Assembly (NCBI GenBank): GCA_964019335.1
Contig: OZ025675.1
Coordinates: 496,001 to 560,000, forward strand
Reading direction: 5' to 3'
DNA length: 64,000 bases
Origin: Diplonema japonicum
Taxonomy: Eukaryota > Protista > Euglenozoa: Diplonemea
The notes under the pieces were generated by a model. That model was not told the origin of the DNA, ran no database searches, and worked only from the letters and a program-made list of their open reading frames with translations. The position numbers and the translations under genes were made by a program. How positions within the stretch are numbered: the first letter of the stretch is position 1; each line of letters opens with the position of its first letter. This document shows positions 61,736 through 64,000 of the stretch, one piece after another.

Positions 61736-62133
61736 TTTCCCCTTCATTTTTTTATCCCCCATTTTTTTTTTTTTTTTAAATATCCCCTGATTTTATTCTT
61801 CATTTTTTTTTTTTATTATTTTTAATCTAAGACCGATTTTTTTTTTTATCCCGGAACCTTAGAACGAAAAGAAGAATTTCAGATAATAAAAAGTTCAAAC
61901 ATAGGGATGATGGGTCCAACAATGATGTGTTTTTTCTCGATATGAATATGTTAAAGACGGAAAAGAAAGAAGGAGAAAATAAACAGAAGAAAAAAAAACT
62001 TTAAATAAAATAAAAAAGAAACACACAAGGAAAAGATAAAATATATGACCTTTTTTTTTTTGCATTTCAAAGAAAATAAAACAAATGAAAATTTATAAAA
62101 AAAATAACTATTTATTGCCAACAAATAATGAGT

Positions 62134-62632
62134 CATTATTTAACTCGAGTTCCCGAATTTTTTGCACGAGGGCCCGCAGGGCCCGAGTGCAAAAAAACGG
62201 GTAACGAGTGTTAAATAATGGCTCATTTGGCGGCAAGTAAGTCGTTTTATTTCACTCTTCGTCATTTGAGTCACTCACTCTTCACTGCTTTCACTGCTGT
62301 TTTTTTTCACGCAGGTCAGCTTTTTGGGGATTTTCCTAAGGTAATACAGGGTAGCTATTTCGCCGTGGCATTTAAAGGGGAAGTAAGGCACTTATTCCCA
62401 CTTTTAAGGGCTGGAATGGCCTCAGATGGCCAAAAATAGTCAAAATACCCCCACCCCAAAAAAATTTTTCAAGGGGTTGGGTGCATTTTTTTCCACGACA
62501 AGACCCATTTTTTCACTCTGAAGGGCCATTATTTAACTGCAAAATCTCATTATTTAACTAGTTAAATAATGGCCATTTCGCGTTAAATAATGAGGCCCCT
62601 AGTGAGTGAAGAAGAAATGACGAAGAGTGAAA

Positions 62633-62637
<5 letters not shown>
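62134..62637. mobile_element. Palindromic non-autonomous element with a GA/GA-mismatch hairpin and a second IR pair (Crypton-like, inferred)
   Basis: Hairpin at 62134-62220 with core TTTTTTGCAC-GA-GGGCC-CGCAG-GGCCC-GA-GTGCAAAAAA. Perfect 23-bp IR at 62245-62267 / 62615-62637. Repeated CATTATTTAAC / GTTAAATAATG motifs. Confidence 0.65.
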
Positions 62638-62663
<26 letters not shown>

Positions 62664-62908
62664 AAAGACAAAAAAAAAAAAGTAATACGAAGGTTTCTTA
62701 ATAAAAAAGTAAAGTAAAAGTTAAAAACAAAAAAAGAAAGCACTCTTAATGAAAAGGGGTCTTTTCCTTTTTTTTTTTTTTTTTTTTTCTCCGATAAGTA
62801 TAAAAATATAGTGATTCACAAGGATGTCTAGCGCATTCAGAATTTCATTTCTTCTTCGTTTTTCGTTTTCGCTTCATGTAGTTCATTACTTTTTCTTCAC
62901 CTACCCAC

Positions 62909-64000
62909 CTAAACAGATGCGTGCTCCCTTGGGCCTTGGTTCATCTGTGTAGGTTCTACTTCACTGACCCCATCGATGAACTCCTGCATGGTCACGTCAC
63001 CCTGGTGCCTCTTCCACACAGTGAAGGCCAGGCCACCACAGGCCGCGAGTGAAGCAGCGATGATGAGGAGCCAAATCCATGCGGGGGTGCTTGAGGAGGA
63101 GCTTTCTTCAACAGGCGTCTTGTCGTTCCCGCCAGCTGCCTGCAGGTTCAAGGGGGAGAGGGCGTAGCCATCGCACCCCAGGAGAACGGGGCCTCCCCTG
63201 TTGCTCACACCCGACCCGTCCATGCAGCTGCACGTGTAGTCCTTCAGGCTGTTCTTTGTCTTCCTCCCCTCCACACACTTCTCCCCATCCCCGCACGGGT
63301 TCCCCAGGCACTCGTCCAGGGTGTCGCAGTTCGCCACCTTCGTTCCCTTCATTGTCTTGCCCGAGCCCGCGCAGCTGCACACGTAGTCCCCCAGCGTCGC
63401 CATCCCTGTTGCATCCGTGCACTCCTGGCCTCCACACGGGTCGCTGCTGCACTCCGTCTTCATCGTGCATGTTGTTGCCCGCCCCACTGTGCTGTGGCCC
63501 TCGTAGCCCACCTTGCACGAGCACACGAAGTCGTGCAGCGAGTTCTTCTTCGTGTTCTTGTCTTCGCAGTCTTGGAAGTCCCCGCACACAGCCTGTCCCG
63601 CCTTGCACTCGTCCTTCACACCACACGAGGCGACGGGCGCGCCGACCTTCGTCTCTTCCGATTCCTCACAGGTGCACATGAAGTCCCCCTCGGTGCTCAT
63701 CCCTGTCGGGTCGTAGCACTCCTGCCCGTTGCATGGGTGCTTTGCGCACTCGTCGTCGTGTGTCACAGGCGCCGCAGTCGTCGGTGGCGACACAGGGGCA
63801 TCCGTCGCAGGCTGTGGTGTTGTTATTGTTATTATTATTATTATACTTTTGAAAGCACATACCACAGGGCAGTCCGACACAGGGGCGGCCGTCATCGTCT
63901 TGTTGTTCGTGTTGCAGGTGCACACGAAGTCCTTCTTGCTGCTCACCACAGGGGACGGGTCGTTGCACATCTGGTTCTTCCCACAGGGAGCGGGGTCCGC
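62909..64000 (-). CDS. Giant SCP-EGF family membrane protein, copy 3 (3' end only; continues beyond the window)
   Basis: Nearly identical to the last ~1.1 kb of copies 1 and 2, but the tail differs (EFIDGVSEVEPTQMNQGPREHASV). Confidence 0.88.
   Translation of the reverse strand, partial: ADPAPCGKNQMCNDPSPVVSSKKDFVCTCNTNNKTMTAAPVSDCPVVCAFKSIIIIITITTPQPATDAPVSPPTTAAPVTHDDECAKHPCNGQECYDPTGMSTEGDFMCTCEESEETKVGAPVASCGVKDECKAGQAVCGDFQDCEDKNTKKNSLHDFVCSCKVGYEGHSTVGRATTCTMKTECSSDPCGGQECTDATGMATLGDYVCSCAGSGKTMKGTKVANCDTLDECLGNPCGDGEKCVEGRKTKNSLKDYTCSCMDGSGVSNRGGPVLLGCDGYALSPLNLQAAGGNDKTPVEESSSSSTPAWIWLLIIAASLAACGGLAFTVWKRHQGDVTMQEFIDGVSEVEPTQMNQGPREHASV

Noticed and set aside
1-64000. tRNA, rRNA, spliced-leader RNA genes or telomeric repeats
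   Set aside because: No recognisable motifs were found by eye. A tRNAscan/Infernal run is needed to exclude them formally.

Overview
Eukaryotic genomic DNA, most consistent with a euglenozoan and probably a diplonemid. This assignment is inferred from a trypanosomatid-type adenylate cyclase domain, all 13 host genes lying on the minus strand, rare GTATG..AG introns, and long A/T/G homopolymer tracts between genes. Host genes, left to right: (1) a multi-pass receptor adenylate cyclase with an extra degenerate cyclase domain; (2) five tandem membrane-anchored expansin-like genes with mosaic heads, stalks and tails; (3) a two-exon cyclase-associated protein (CAP/Srv2 C-terminal domain) with an RIIa/Dpy-30-like N-terminus; (4) a Cache-HAMP-pseudocyclase receptor; (5) a BMT5-like (DUF2431) methyltransferase-domain gene; (6) a fibronectin-type-II-like repeat membrane protein; (7) three tandem giant SCP/PR-1 plus EGF-like repeat membrane proteins, the third cut by the window end. 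Mobile DNA: a piggyBac with TTAA TSD, a pogo-like DD35D element with an intron plus its MITE, a hAT-like element, a degenerate LINE carrying an OTU-protease domain, and a family of palindromic elements built from repeated tandem G.A mismatches and GNA mini-loops. The most notable observations are the modular surface-protein arrays (variable head, variable-length stalk, shared cytoplasmic motif, conserved 3'UTR hairpins), the G.A-mismatch hairpin family and the OTU-LINE. No tRNA, rRNA, SL-RNA or CRISPR array was recognised. All calls are by eye and no database searches were run.
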